From NCBI GenBank assembly GCA_043228905.1, contig JBHGNT010000010.1, positions 3,162,001-3,226,000 on the forward strand: a stretch of DNA of 64,000 nt. Direction: 5' to 3'. A program made the translations under genes and the position numbers. This DNA comes from Azolla caroliniana (lineage: Eukaryota > Plantae > Polypodiophyta). Positions 44,530 through 56,658 of this stretch are shown piece by piece. A model generated the notes under the pieces. The model did no database searches. It was not told where the DNA came from and saw nothing but the letters and a program-made list of their open reading frames with translations. Position 1 is the first letter of the stretch; each line of letters opens with the position of its first letter.

Positions 44530-47500
44530 TGTCGAGGTATTCCTCGCGGATGCGTGGAATGAGACGGGACCTCGGGGGTCCTATACCGAAGAGCAAGAGA
44601 GAAAGGAAAAGAGACCCACTACGTGCGAGCGTAGATTCACAGGGACACGGCCCTTCGACACAAAGACGCGAGTGGGACAGCGACACAGAGAGACACGAAT
44701 GTATGTATGTATTAACAAAGACAACAACAAGAACACGAAAGCAACAAAAACACGAAGTCGGTTACAACCGAACAGGCCGGCGAACAGATGCCGATGCCTG
44801 TTCGTAAACGTACAGAAAGAAAGGAGCAGGTTGGAGGTGCTGCCGGAAGCACTCGGGCATTCCTCAAAGCAACGCGAGCCTCCCGAAACCTGCACAGAAA
44901 GAAGCTATGGAGTTTGCGAGCCAGAGAGAGAGAGAAGCCTTCGCCCCCAAACCGACAGCACTTCGTCCTCGACTCTCCGCGGTCCCTTCCTCCTCCTCAT
45001 CTCCCTCCTTTTATAGGCAAGAAGGGAGCTGTTTCCTATTAACTTCCTACCTACCGAATCTACCTACCTAGGATCTCCCATGTCCCTAATTCTCTCCTAT
45101 GTTCGACACAAGGCGTACGTGCGTGAAGAGCCGGTTCCTATGCTCCGGCGCACTGATTCCGCTTGTGGACGGTTTTCTTCACGACATCCGCCCCCACCTA
45201 ACCGCGCATCCACCGGCATGCGCCAAATTGAGTTGGGACTGAGAAAACCGGTCCAGCCTTCATTCCCCGCCCGTTGGTCCTTCCTCGGTTTCGGATCGTT
45301 CATCGTCCCGGTCCAGGTTATCCGGATCCGGCTCGTCGTCGTGACGCTTCTTGAACGCTTTGATCCGCTTCCCAACTACCGGTATCGCCACTCTCGTGCC
45401 GTCGAATTCCGCCAGATGGTACGTCCCGTTGTCATTGGCGCTTTGTACCACGTAAGGCCCGAACCACCTTCTTGCGAACTTCCGTGTCGCTCGGTGCTGG
45501 TTGTCGAGGCTGCTGTCGTAGACTAGCACCCAGTCGCCTTCCTCGATCTTCTTCGGTCGGAGCCGATGCGTTCGGTCGAACCGGGCTTTGTTCCTCATCC
45601 TTGCTTCCCGAAGCTTTTCCGCAGCCTGCTCCACGTCCTCCGTTCTTCGCTCAAGCTGTCGTATACGCGCCACCAGCAGTTCCTCCCGGCTCATCTCGTC
45701 TCTCCAGTCCACGGTTGCCCACGAGGAGATCGTACGTTCCATCGGCATGACCGGCTTCTGCCCAAACATGAGTTCTGCCAGCATGAATCCGGTTACCGAA
45801 CTGTGCGTAGTTCGGTCCGCCCACAACGCGTAAGGCAGCAGTCGCGGCCAGTTCTCGACTTGACCTCTGCATGCCCGAACTAACTCCTTGACAATCGGTC
45901 CGTGTCCGCGCTCCACCTTTCCATTCGCCTCCGGATTGTACGCAGTGGTAAGCGAGAGCTTGACTCCTAGCCGGTCGAACAGCTCCTCGGCCTATTCGGC
46001 GTCCAACTCCCCGCGATCAGCCACGATCTTCCCGACGCACCTGTACCGGCATATCACGTCCTCAATCAGGAACCGACATACGGCCGCGGTCGTTTTGTTC
46101 TGAAGGGCCCGGCCTTCTACCTGGTTCGTTAGATCTTCCCGAGCCAGGACCAGATACCGCATCTGTCCTACTCCCATCGGCATCGTCACCAGGTCTACCA
46201 TCCATTTGAAGTGGATGGTCGGAGGGTACGTAGGGTGAAGCTCATCCCGATGTCGGACTACGGAGTGCATCTGACAGCTCTCGCAAGTCGTTACGAACCA
46301 ATGCACGTCTCAGTACAGTCCCGGCCACCAGTACTTCCCCTTTATCTTCTCGAACGTGGCCCATGTTCCACGGTGTCCAGCCCAAGGGCTGTCGTGGTAG
46401 GCCGTCAGCAGCTCCTCCTGTTCTTCCTTCATCGCCACCACCCGGAGCGGGACGCCGTTCCTCTTCTTCGGGTGCTTCCATAAGTATTCGTCCCGGAGAA
46501 AGAATCGGTAAGCTTTCTTCCGGATCCGGTTGGCCTCGTCCTTCGTCCATGATGCATCCGGCGTCATTGTCCTCAAAAATCCACCGATCTGGAGCCACTC
46601 GCCGTCGTACCTGCTCTCGTCGAAGTCGTTAAGTGCCGGAGTTCTCGTCCCATCGGTCGTCACGTACGCCGCCTCGAAGAAGTCCACGCCGACTTCTTCG
46701 TCCTCCGAAACCATGCCGCCCTCGTCATCAAACCTCGCCCTCGAAAGCATGTCGGCCATGGCGTTGTCCTTTCCGGAAATGTGCCGTATTTCCGGGTCCA
46801 GGGACTTGATGTACGCTATCCACCGGAGCATCGCCAGGTCCGGTGTCGCGCATCCGGAAACCATGCCGAGAATCGGCAGGCAATCCGTCTCGATAACCAC
46901 TTCTGTCCCGATCAGGTAGTCTTTGTCGGCCTTTACTACCGAAACGATACCCTAGAGTTCGCGTTTAACCTGGGCGTACCCTCACTGTCGCTCACTGAGG
47001 ACCTTCGCGCCGAATCGGATCGGGAACCGAATGTCGTCCTTGTCTTCTTGGTTGACGACCCATCCTATCCCGGTCGGGCTCATATCCACCGTTATGTATA
47101 CCGGGGTACCCTTCTCGTAGACAGCCTTCCGGAGCGCCGGTGCTGCCGCAAGAGCTTCCTTCAGCTTCCGGACTGACTCTGTGTGCTCGTCTCGCCACTC
47201 GAATTTTCGCCCCTTTTTCAGCAACCCGTATAGTAGCTCCGCAACGTGGGCGTAATGCGGGATCCATATGTGGTAGAACACGCATGCCCCCAAGAACCTC
47301 CGAACTTCCGTAACCGAGCTACAGTCGGTCTTCATCGCGGAGATGGCTTCTACCTTTGCCGGAGACGGCTTCCGGCCATATGGTCCACATAGGTGTCCAA
47401 CGACCATGATCTCTGATTGCCCAAAGGCCGATTTCTCCCCGGAGAAGGTGAGCCTCGCATCCTCTAGCCTTTGTAGCACCTTCTCGCAGTCGTCGATGTG

Positions 47501-49907
47501 TGTTGCCACGAATCGCCGGCATCCGTCCGGCCCGAGTGTCTTGTCCTTCTGTTCCACCGGGCACCCTTTGATAGGGATGTCGTCTAGAAACGGCATGGTG
47601 ATGTCCGGGATGCAATCCCTCAGTACCTTGTTCATTGCATTCACCATGTGGGCCACCGAGTTGGTCCCTCCTTGCGGCAGGGTACACATTCGCACTAGGC
47701 CGAGGGGAGTTCGCATCGTCGTAATGTCTCTGCTCTCCACGGCCAGCTGGAACTGGTCGTACCCCGAGTATAGATCACCGACCGAGTAAATCGACCTTCC
47801 GGCGAAGGCCTCCGCGAACTCGTCTATGGTCGGTCCAATCCATGCGTTCCGAATGGTCACTCTGTTGACCGGCTGCAAGTCCTGAATGAAGCGCAATGTT
47901 CCGTTTTTCTTTGGTACGGTAAACCATCGGTTCGAGTATGGCGCGCTCGACGGTTCGAGAATACCCATATCGACTTTTTGCCTCAGTAGCTCCATCAACT
48001 CCGGGATGTGAGCTCTTGGTACCGGAATCGGCTTGAGATTCCACGGCACATGCGGTACCGTGAATATCACCATCGGCTCCACGATTGTCGGGTCTACACA
48101 CCCGATCTCTTCCGGCGAGAATGCAAAGGCTTTCCCGTGCCTTCCGAGCATTCTCCGAAACCGGTCTTCCTCCGCCGGCAGTAGGAACCCGCCCCCAGCG
48201 ATTTTGAGCTCCCGGACCGTCTCGTCGGTGAAGGTGTGTCCTATGCAGGCCGGATCTCGCAAACTGGGGTCCGATGCAACCCCTCTGATTCGGGACTCGC
48301 TGCCCTCCGGCAAGGGTGCCGCGACTGGCCTTACCTTCCGGTCCACAGTCTTGTACTTCGTGCTAACTCGGGCAGTCCGATCCGACCCGAGCCCCTGATT
48401 GAAGTCCGCGATGACTTCGTACATCTCTTCGGAACATACCGGTATCGTCCGGTCTTCGTTAAGGTCTTCTCCGGCAACCTTCCTCAGCATCCCCAAGGTG
48501 TCGTCGAAGGAGACCGCCTCCACGGCCCCGCTGATTTCCTCGTCCGGGCTAAGAACTCCGCACGCTCGAAGTCGCACTTCCGCCCTTGTCTTTTCTCGGC
48601 CAACGATGTCGACTATCATACACCCTCCGTTGTCGGAGAAGCAAAATTTCCTACCTATCGTACAGGGTTCCTTCGGTTTCGGTTCTATCGTACAGTCGTG
48701 GGGTCTTTCCCGAGTGTCCAGACTGTCTCGGCCCCACGCCTTGGCAGCCCTCTCTAAAAATCCTCCCGGTTCTCGCCACCGAGGGATTCGCGGTTTCGCT
48801 CGTGGTTCGGTCGCACCGTCAGAAATTGGACCGAATGGCGCCCGTCCTGGCTTTTGACCCTCGCGTAGGCCGAACCGTTGTCTAGCACCTTGGTCTCCAT
48901 TCTCACCGCCGTGATGTATGGTTCCCCTAATATGACCGGATGCGAGGACGTCTCCTGTACGAAGAAGTGTTGGTCAATCTCGACGTCGCCGATCTTGACT
49001 CGCACGTTCGGGCAGGCCCTGTGCAGTTCCTCGGTGGCGCGCGTCGCCGCTCATATCTTCTACCCGTGCTTGGTGTTGATCGGCCACTTTCCCTTCTTAT
49101 AGAAGTCCATGGACATCAGGTTTATTTCCGAACCGTGGTCCACCAATGCCACCACCGGTTCCTGAACATCTCTGATCTTTACCGGGGTCTCCGTGGTCGC
49201 TCGGGCCCAGTGCGGCCTCGAATAGTGGCTCTCCGCCCACTCACCAAAGATGTCGAGGTATTCCTCGCGGATGCGTGGAATGAGGCGGGACCTCGGGGTT
49301 CCTGTACCGAAGAGCAAGAGAGAAAGGAAAAGAGACCCACTACGTGCGAGCGTAGATTCACAGGGACACGGCCCTTCGACACAAAGACGCGAGTGGGACA
49401 GCGACACAGAGAGACACGAATGTATGTATGTATTAACAAAGACAACAACAAGAACACGAAAGCAACAAAAACACGAAGTCGGTTACAACCGAACAGGCCG
49501 GCGAACAGATGCCGATGCCTGTTCGTAAACGTACAGAAAGAAAGGAGCAGGTTGGAGGTGCTGCCGGAAGCACTCGGGCATTCCTCAGAGCAGCGCGAGC
49601 CTCCCGAAACCTGCACAGAAAGAAGCTATGGAGTTTGCGAGCCAGAGAGAGAGAGAAGCCTTCGCCCCCAAACCGACAGCACTTCGTCCTCGACTCTCCG
49701 CGGTCCCTTCCTCCTCCTCGTCTCCCTCCTTTTATAGGCAAGAAGGGAGCCATTTCCTATTAACTTCCTACCTACTGAATCTACCTACCTAGGATCTCCC
49801 ATGTCCCTAATTCTCTCCTATGTTCGACACAAGGCGTACGTGCGTGAAGAGCCGGTTCCTATGCTCCGGCACACCGATTCCGCTTGTGGACGGTTTTCTT
49901 CACGACA
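44530..49907 (-). mobile_element. G3: gag-deleted copy of the G1 family, inserted in the Copia-C 5' LTR
   Basis: 657-bp LTRs at 44530-45186 and 49251-49907. 4-bp TSD ACGT at 44526-44529 and 49908-49911. The PBS is cut to TGGTGA and fused to the EWAESHY region. Confidence 0.96.
45260..49240 (-). pseudogene. G3 protease and pol (several stops)
   Basis: ORFs 49060-49407, 48754-49005, 46982-48619, 46310-46900, 45992-46306 and 45260-45916 match G1. Confidence 0.92.
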
Positions 49908-50369
49908 ACGTGCTCAGTGAACACTTTTATACAAGTCCTTGAAGGACTGACCGAAGTACTGACAGTACTTCAATGCTCATCAAGAGCTCCTACACTAACT
50001 CCCAAATATATTCCTCACGGAATATCTTTCCTAACGGCCTCCCGGTTTACGCACTCGGCCTAACCGATCGGTCCCAACCGATCCGGTCCTCGGCTTCTTC
50101 AGCCGATCCAGCCGATGTTGAGCTTGTCTCTCAACATAACCTCTCCTCCGGCTATCACCCTCAAACAAATGGCCAAAATGTTGGAACAATATCTTCGGTG
50201 TTTTCTAAGCTATGGAAAACGAGATGATTGGGCGGATATTCTCTAGTTTGCCTAGGGTTACACCATTTTATGCTTATACAAGCTATCATCTGTTCGAAAC
50301 TCTAGAGTTACCCACAAATCCTCGTGCAGAGGATCATTTGGAGTGGCAACGCAAGATACTGGCAGACCT

Positions 50370-50895
50370 TGTTATATGGTTAGGGTTAATATTTATGATA
50401 ATGATGATTGGTGATGGAGATGGTTAGTGATGACGGATTAACGATGAACATAGATGGAGATGGAACTATTGTGGGGTTGAGCATTGAGATGCCTTACGGG
50501 GTGGGAGGTGGTGCCTGGAATGGCTCCACCCCCCTCCCAAGGGGGTTCAACGTAAGGGAAAAGAGAGAGGAAGAGATGATGAGAGAGAGAGAGAGAGAGA
50601 GAGATTGAGAGAGAAATATTCCTTCATGTTTCATTCATTCCCCATAAGGGGTTAAATAGTTACAAGAGGGGGTAGATACATAGGGGTGCAAGCCCCCTTG
50701 TCCATTCATACTAATCACTCACTCACACCTCCTCGTATCTGTCCACATGCACACACGTGTGCATGTGTTTTCATACGTATCTACTCACACTCACAATTAC
50801 ACTAGTGTCCATCTACACATACACATTAACAACATTATAGCATTCGACCCTCGCTCATCACACTCTACATCTCCCGTACATCTCGTACGGTAACA
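50370..50895 (+). mobile_element. Solo LTR (same family as 12332-12842)
   Basis: TGTTA..TAACA ends; flanks GACCT/AACCT form a 5-bp TSD with one mismatch. Sits within the chromovirus integrase. Confidence 0.85.
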
Positions 50896-50900
50896 AACCT

Positions 50901-51420
50901 ATCTACCCATTTACATCAAGCTCAACAAACACAGAAGGCTTATGCGGATCGTCATCGGCTTCCGTCCTATTTTGACATTGGAAATCAGGTATGGTTATTA
51001 TGACGATGCATCAAGACTACTCGACCATGCGATAAATTGGATTATCGACGATTAGGTCCTTTCCGTATTATCGGAAAATTAATGGTGTCACTTTTCGTCT
51101 TGATCTACTTCCGCAACTACGGTTACATCCGGTTTTTCAAAGTTCTCTTCTCGAACCCTATTGCGAATCGTATTACACCACCTCCACCCCCGATTGAGCT
51201 TGAAGCACCGAAGTGCGAATTTGCTGCCATCCTCTATTCCAAGATTGTTCACAACAAGGTCTACTATTTGGTCGATTGGTTAGGCTATAGTCCAAGCAAG
51301 CATACTTGGGAACCATTCGAGAATGTCACAAATGCTCGAGCTCTTATTCAGGTCTTCCATCAACAATATCCTGACAAATCGGGTCTTCCATCTAAGACGA
51401 CTTTTCACACTTGTCGCCTG
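50901..51420 (+). pseudogene. Chromovirus integrase C-terminus (GPF motif) and chromodomain
   Basis: QKAYADRHR, LDYRRLGPFRI, YYLVDWLGYSPSKHTWEPFENV. Confidence 0.88.
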
Positions 51421-51442
51421 AAGGGGGGGGGGGGGGGGGTAG

Positions 51443-51597
51443 TGTCATCTAGAAACTTCAAAAGTAATCTTAACAACACTATAAATAGAGGCAAAAGGCA
51501 TTATTCCGACCCAATTCAATTCAATGTCAGTCTTAAGCCTCCTAGTTGTTCTTGTAGCTTTCTTCTTATAATATAATATACTTCTTGTTGTCATCAT

Positions 51598-51671
<74 letters not shown>

Positions 51672-51772
51672 CAGGTGGTTCTCACACACTCTTTCCCTTC
51701 TTAGTACTAATCCTCACTCTTGTCCTCTACCTTTAGTACTAATTCTCCTTGCCTCTAGTACTATCCTTGACA
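51443..51772 (+). repeat. Chromovirus 3' LTR with long (CT)n
   Basis: Follows a poly-G PPT; TGTCA..TGACA ends; TATAAA at ~51480; (CT)n at ~51602-51667. Confidence 0.75.
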
Positions 51773-52505
51773 CAGAGACACAATAGAATTTAAATTGAAC
51801 ACTAATCTCATATCACTTCCGTCCCACATTTACATCGATTCTGGATCCTTTTATAGGCATCCGGTAGGAAATACAAAACAGTGCCTTACCGGCTACCGGC
51901 TATTAATCAGTGTGGATCTGGATCAGTACAACTATCCGGATCCGTCTGTTCCTATAATATTTCCTACCTAATAATTATGTTTCTAATTATAATATTATTC
52001 TTTGACTCGTCCTTGTACACATTAACCCTTTGGATCATACTCTCTCCTTTTCGAGACACTTAGATGGAAATGAAACTAGGCCTAACACATATCCATAACA
52101 CCATAACACCTTTTTTACAATACTAGAACTCTTTTTTATCTATGTTTATTTTATTTTTATTTTCGATGATTGGGTACACATCCCATTTTGTTGTAACCAA
52201 TTGTCTCATGGGCCAATTTTGGTCTTAGAAGACGTTAATACTCTCTCTCTCTCCCCCCCCCCCCTCCTTCCTCATGTTTTATTCCTCACAATGTGGATCT
52301 TTGCATTAGATATTAATCCAACTCCTACATTGGATTGTCAAACCGCCCCTAAAACGTGTGATGGTGAGATAATTTGCAAATAAGTCTATTCGCATGTCAA
52401 TTTTCACATTTCAAGTTTCCCCCAAATATGGATGCTTTACAATAATCGTGCACCAAATTGGTAAAAATTGCATTTCAATTCCCCAATTATGGATCAAATA
52501 ATTGT

Positions 52506-52687
52506 GCACCAAAGAGCCATTGATGGAGAGAAGTAGTTGTACACATGTATCGTCGGATGATTAAATCAATGGACTAGAACTAATATATATAAAACCGCAC
52601 CAAAGAGCCATTGATGGAGAGAAGTAGTTGTACACATGTATCATCAGATGATAAAATCAACGGACTAGACGAACTAATATAAAACCC
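52506..52687. repeat. Local ~91-bp tandem duplication
   Basis: GCACCAAAGAGCCATTGATGGAGAGAAGTAGTTGTACACATGTATC.. occurs at 52506 and 52597. Confidence 0.9.
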
Positions 52688-53680
52688 AACATATCTCCCA
52701 TCTCCAAAGTGATGGGCAAGTTTTTAGATATTACAAGGTAAGCATGTCTTCAATAATGAATTGGTGAGGTTGGAAGCAATTAGTGAGAAAAACCTCTTCA
52801 CCTAGTTAGAGGCAATGTTTGTTGTATGAACCTTTTATAAAATTGTCAATGTAAATTGTGATTAAACCATGGTTAGCAAACTTAGGTAATCCAATTTTGA
52901 ACAATGTCAAGTGAAACCATGTGTGGCTTAAAATTGCATTTCTTTTTTTTTTGCATACACTAGAGATTCTTAATAATAAATGGAAAAATGTATAAATGAA
53001 TTTATGGTTACTCTATCAACTAACCAAATTTGTCGCATTTATACAAACTAAAGCCATTGTAACAACTCATTAATTGTCGTATCAATTCCTTGACAAGCTA
53101 TTCTTATTTTACTAGTTATTAATGGATATAAGAAAACCAAAAAGGTTAACACTTTTAACCAACTTTACTTCCTTGTAACTTGGGAGTCATGTTTTCTATC
53201 AATCTTTGTACATCCACCTTTTTCTTATAATATATAAATCCTTTAACATCCCCATCAATGTTTAAGAAAGTAACCCACTAGTGCCCAAGAACATTTGGGA
53301 TGTGTTCATTATTCACATTAGGGGGCTTTATCTCCTAGACAACCAATGGGAAGTTCATCATGCTTGTATTCCAGTTTGTAGCCATGGAAACCACATATGG
53401 CATATATGACTTCATATACCATGCTCAAATTCTAGTGTGCACGATGTGGTACAAATATAACAAGTTGTACTTATAAGTGTATGAGAGGGGAAATTATTGG
53501 TTCATTCAACATGAATGCCAATGTGGTTGTATTTCGACCATCTAAGTTTTTGAGCTAATTCTTACCATACTGGGAGGAAATATATTAATAATATCTCCCA
53601 TATACTCATATAAAATGGACAGACCAAGATTATAGGCTAGACGCAACCAATCAAGTAGATTCTCTCATGTCTTGCTTAAT

Positions 53681-54100
53681 GAAGTACAAGTGTGGGGTGG
53701 AACTATCCCTCTTAATTCATGGAATGAGATTGAGAAGATTCAAAAAAAGTATTTAAGGAGACAATTGGGAGTTAAATCCACCACCTCTTACTTAGTTATG
53801 CTCTTGGAAACCTATGTTCCACTCTACCTATGAGGATTTTGGCACTACAAAGAGTATATTGATACCTTACAAAAGTCAGGAATAGGCTAAATCATAGATT
53901 ACCATGTCTTGTTTAGAACGTTTGATATAAGCTACAAAAGAATCTCAAAAGAAAAAACCACTCATCTGGTTGGGTAGTTGATATATAAAATGGTTCAAAA
54001 GATGGCTATAGAAGATCTCATAGAGCTTTCAAGTGACGCTATGCAATACTGAGGAAAGATGGGAAGATGCCAAAGAAACAATTTTAAAATATTACAGTGC
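53681..54100 (+). pseudogene. Decayed LINE ORF2 fragment (region downstream of RT)
   Basis: EVQVWGGTIPLNSWNEIEKIQKKYLRRQLGVKSTTSYLVMLLET resembles post-RT LINE sequence; then degenerates. Confidence 0.55.
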
Positions 54101-54688
54101 AAACACGACCTCAAATGTTGGGTTCAATATGAGGTTAGAATGGCTATAGATTGTATTCAACCTTATCTCATTACTATCACAAAATATTGACTCTTGTAGA
54201 GCCCTTAAACTCCTTTGCACTAGATCACACAAGCTAGGTTTTCATGTTGCATTATGACATGAAAATGTGTCAAATATGACGCCAAGTAAGGGATTCAATG
54301 AATATCACTTGTGTCGAACTCACGTAGGCTTTGTGACAAATGAATATCACGTGCTTTTTACATGCTCGACATATAATGCAATTCATGAAAGCTATTAAAG
54401 GTAGGATGACATATGGACATATGGATACTTATCTAGTACACGTTGAGACTTGAGCTTAAAGTATGAATATCCCTTCTTAGGTTGGAGACATACATCAAGA
54501 AAATTTACTTACTCCCACGGGCCAATAGTGGTTGTTTTATGGACGCTAAAAAATATCTACTTATTAATTGAGGAACAATTGTTGGTAACTTTTATGTAAT
54601 GGATACATTTGGTAACCCAATAGAATTCCTAGAAGTATTTGCCTTGTTCGATGATCTATCCTTGAGTTGTGAACCTTTCTCCGATTGG

Positions 54689-54719
<31 letters not shown>

Positions 54720-56018
54720 TTGGCCTATCATCTTGCGCTAGAGTTTACATTGGTCCCTCTTTGATTATCTTCCAATTAGAGAAATCTCGCTTGAATGATT
54801 GTCAAACTTTACATAAAAGAATGCTTGATTCACCTTATTCTTTGTTCACTTGATTATTTAATGAGATGGAATCCTAGAGGGAAAAAAAAGAGTTTCCATT
54901 ATTGCTAGTATTATTTTCTTTCCAATGCTAAAATATAACCAAATGTTCAAGAATGACTTCAAATGTGAAGCATCCAAGCCTAGCACTTAGTGTGTCACTT
55001 GAACTTGTATATGTTCATATTTTATATTGCATGGTGTTCATAGTAAATATAATTGTGTATGCAGATGTAGATGGTTATGAATCACGATGCTGCAATACGA
55101 ATGTGTTTTGTGTACTATGAAAGTAGATGGTAATGTTGTTTGTTGTTGCGAGATAAATGTGTTTGTGTGTGCATATGATCATGCATTTGTATGTGGCATT
55201 CACGCATGATGGGTAATGTATCTGTGTGCATACAATGGATGTAGATTACCAACCATATACATATTGCATGATGTTGTAGTAATTATACATGCAAATGTGT
55301 GTGTGTGTGTGTGTGTGCGCGCGCGCGTTTGCATGTAAATAATCATGTTTTTATGTGTGGCATGATTCACATTAATTTGATAAATGTTTTAGTGTGTTGT
55401 GGACGTACACGATAATATTGGATGCCATGGTGTCGAAGCCCGAAACAAAGAAGGGGTATTTTAGGGCGCTTCCCATTATATTAAAATTTAGTTCTAAGAA
55501 TATGGGGGCATTTTGGGAAATATGTTATTCTTTACAAATAATTATGACATGGACGTGTTCTTTTTATAATATGGGCTCAATAGAGTTTTTGTCCATGATA
55601 TCCATCACCCTCTCCATGACTCTCTCCCTCTCCCTCTCTCTATTTATATATCTATCTTCTTCCGCTACTGAATCAGATACCACAATTCTTCTCCTCTCCC
55701 TTCTTGGATTTTATAACAAGTCCTTACATTTGCATCTACAACGAGTCGAGTCAACTACGATACGGTAGAAATCATCACCCAAAATTCTGTGTGGTTCTTT
55801 TGCCAATTTGTCCTCCTTTTTCATATCTTGTTCTTGTTCTCATTCATTAAATCATAATTCAATTGTGCATTGTATCAATGCACACAAAATGTCATGGCGT
55901 CTTTGTTTGTTATGCATCAATGGAAGCTTTTGTTGTGTCGTGGATCTCATTATTGGAAAAAAATAGGTTCCGGTGATTATGATAAACTATAAGTAGCCAT
56001 ATTTCCAATGGTTGTGTA

Positions 56019-56023
56019 CACGC

Positions 56024-56098
<75 letters not shown>
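56019..56098. repeat. Compound (CG)n(TG)n(AG)n microsatellite
   Basis: Directly visible. Related (TG)n(CG)n at ~55296-55327 and (AG)n at ~56447-56480. Confidence 0.95.
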
Positions 56099-56102
<4 letters not shown>

Positions 56103-56443
56103 AAATATACCACATGCTCAAGTACCTCAAATAATCAAACACAAACTTATACTCTGGGGATGATAAAACTCTATCACCTTCAATGAAAACCCATTGAAAA
56201 GGTGACAAAACATTTCCAGTCAATGACCCCCATAAATATGTATGGGATAAGAGGAAAGTTGATTTGGCAGTTTTAATAGTTATTTTGTATGGGAACTTTG
56301 TCCCTAGATGAATTACATTTGTGTCGTTTTGTATTGCAGCACCTTAGAAGGCTGCCCTTGCCACAACGCTACTTTTGAAGTAGTTTTGATAGCAAGGTTT
56401 TTTGGTATTGTCATGATTGTTTTAATATAAACATACATTTATG

Positions 56444-56485
<42 letters not shown>

Positions 56486-56658
56486 TCCCATGACAACATA
56501 TGAAGTGCAACTTATCCTCATTCATGCAATTACGCATTATAAACCGTCTTCCAACATAGGCATATGTATTCTTTGGCATCATTTTGAGCTTCTTTTATTA
56601 TTCACACAAGTGTTACATTTACTTCTTTTTAACATTATCCTCTTTCTTCGTTTAAGAT

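Larger units (their letters stand above)
16141..50136 (-). mobile_element. Copia-C: minus-strand Ty1/Copia element carrying ~29 kb of nested insertions
   Basis: 3' LTR at 16141-16524. 5' LTR at 44371-44529 plus 49912-50136, split by Gypsy G3. TSD TAACC at 16136-16140 and 50137-50141. PBS reverse complement GCTCTGATACCA at 44359-44370. Confidence 0.95.
6272..51772 (+). mobile_element. Old chromodomain Ty3/Gypsy element (chromovirus, Tcn1/Tf-like); host of most nested insertions; 5' LTR missing
   Basis: Collinear fragments: gag (6272-6315, 11681-11950), PR (~12220-12330), RT end/RH/INT (13202-14445, 15912-16140, 50142-50369, 50901-51160), chromodomain (~51210-51380), G-run PPT and LTR TGTCA..TGACA (51443-51772). 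CAGAG flanks both ends (6267-6271, 51773-51777). Confidence 0.85.

Noticed and set aside
849-49760. Many short antisense and alternate-frame ORFs over gag-pol and LTRs
   Set aside because: Shadow frames of GC-rich TE sequence; they recur only because the elements are repeated and show no recognisable domains.
6146-52087. A further outer solo LTR (TGTTA at 6146 or 6198 to TAACA at 52087) hosting the chromovirus
   Set aside because: Composition is LTR-like, but no matching TSD and no second copy are visible in the window.
54599-56223. ORFs 54599-54853, 55394-55768, 55910-56113 and 55987-56223 as genes
   Set aside because: Low-complexity or microsatellite-driven translations with no motifs.
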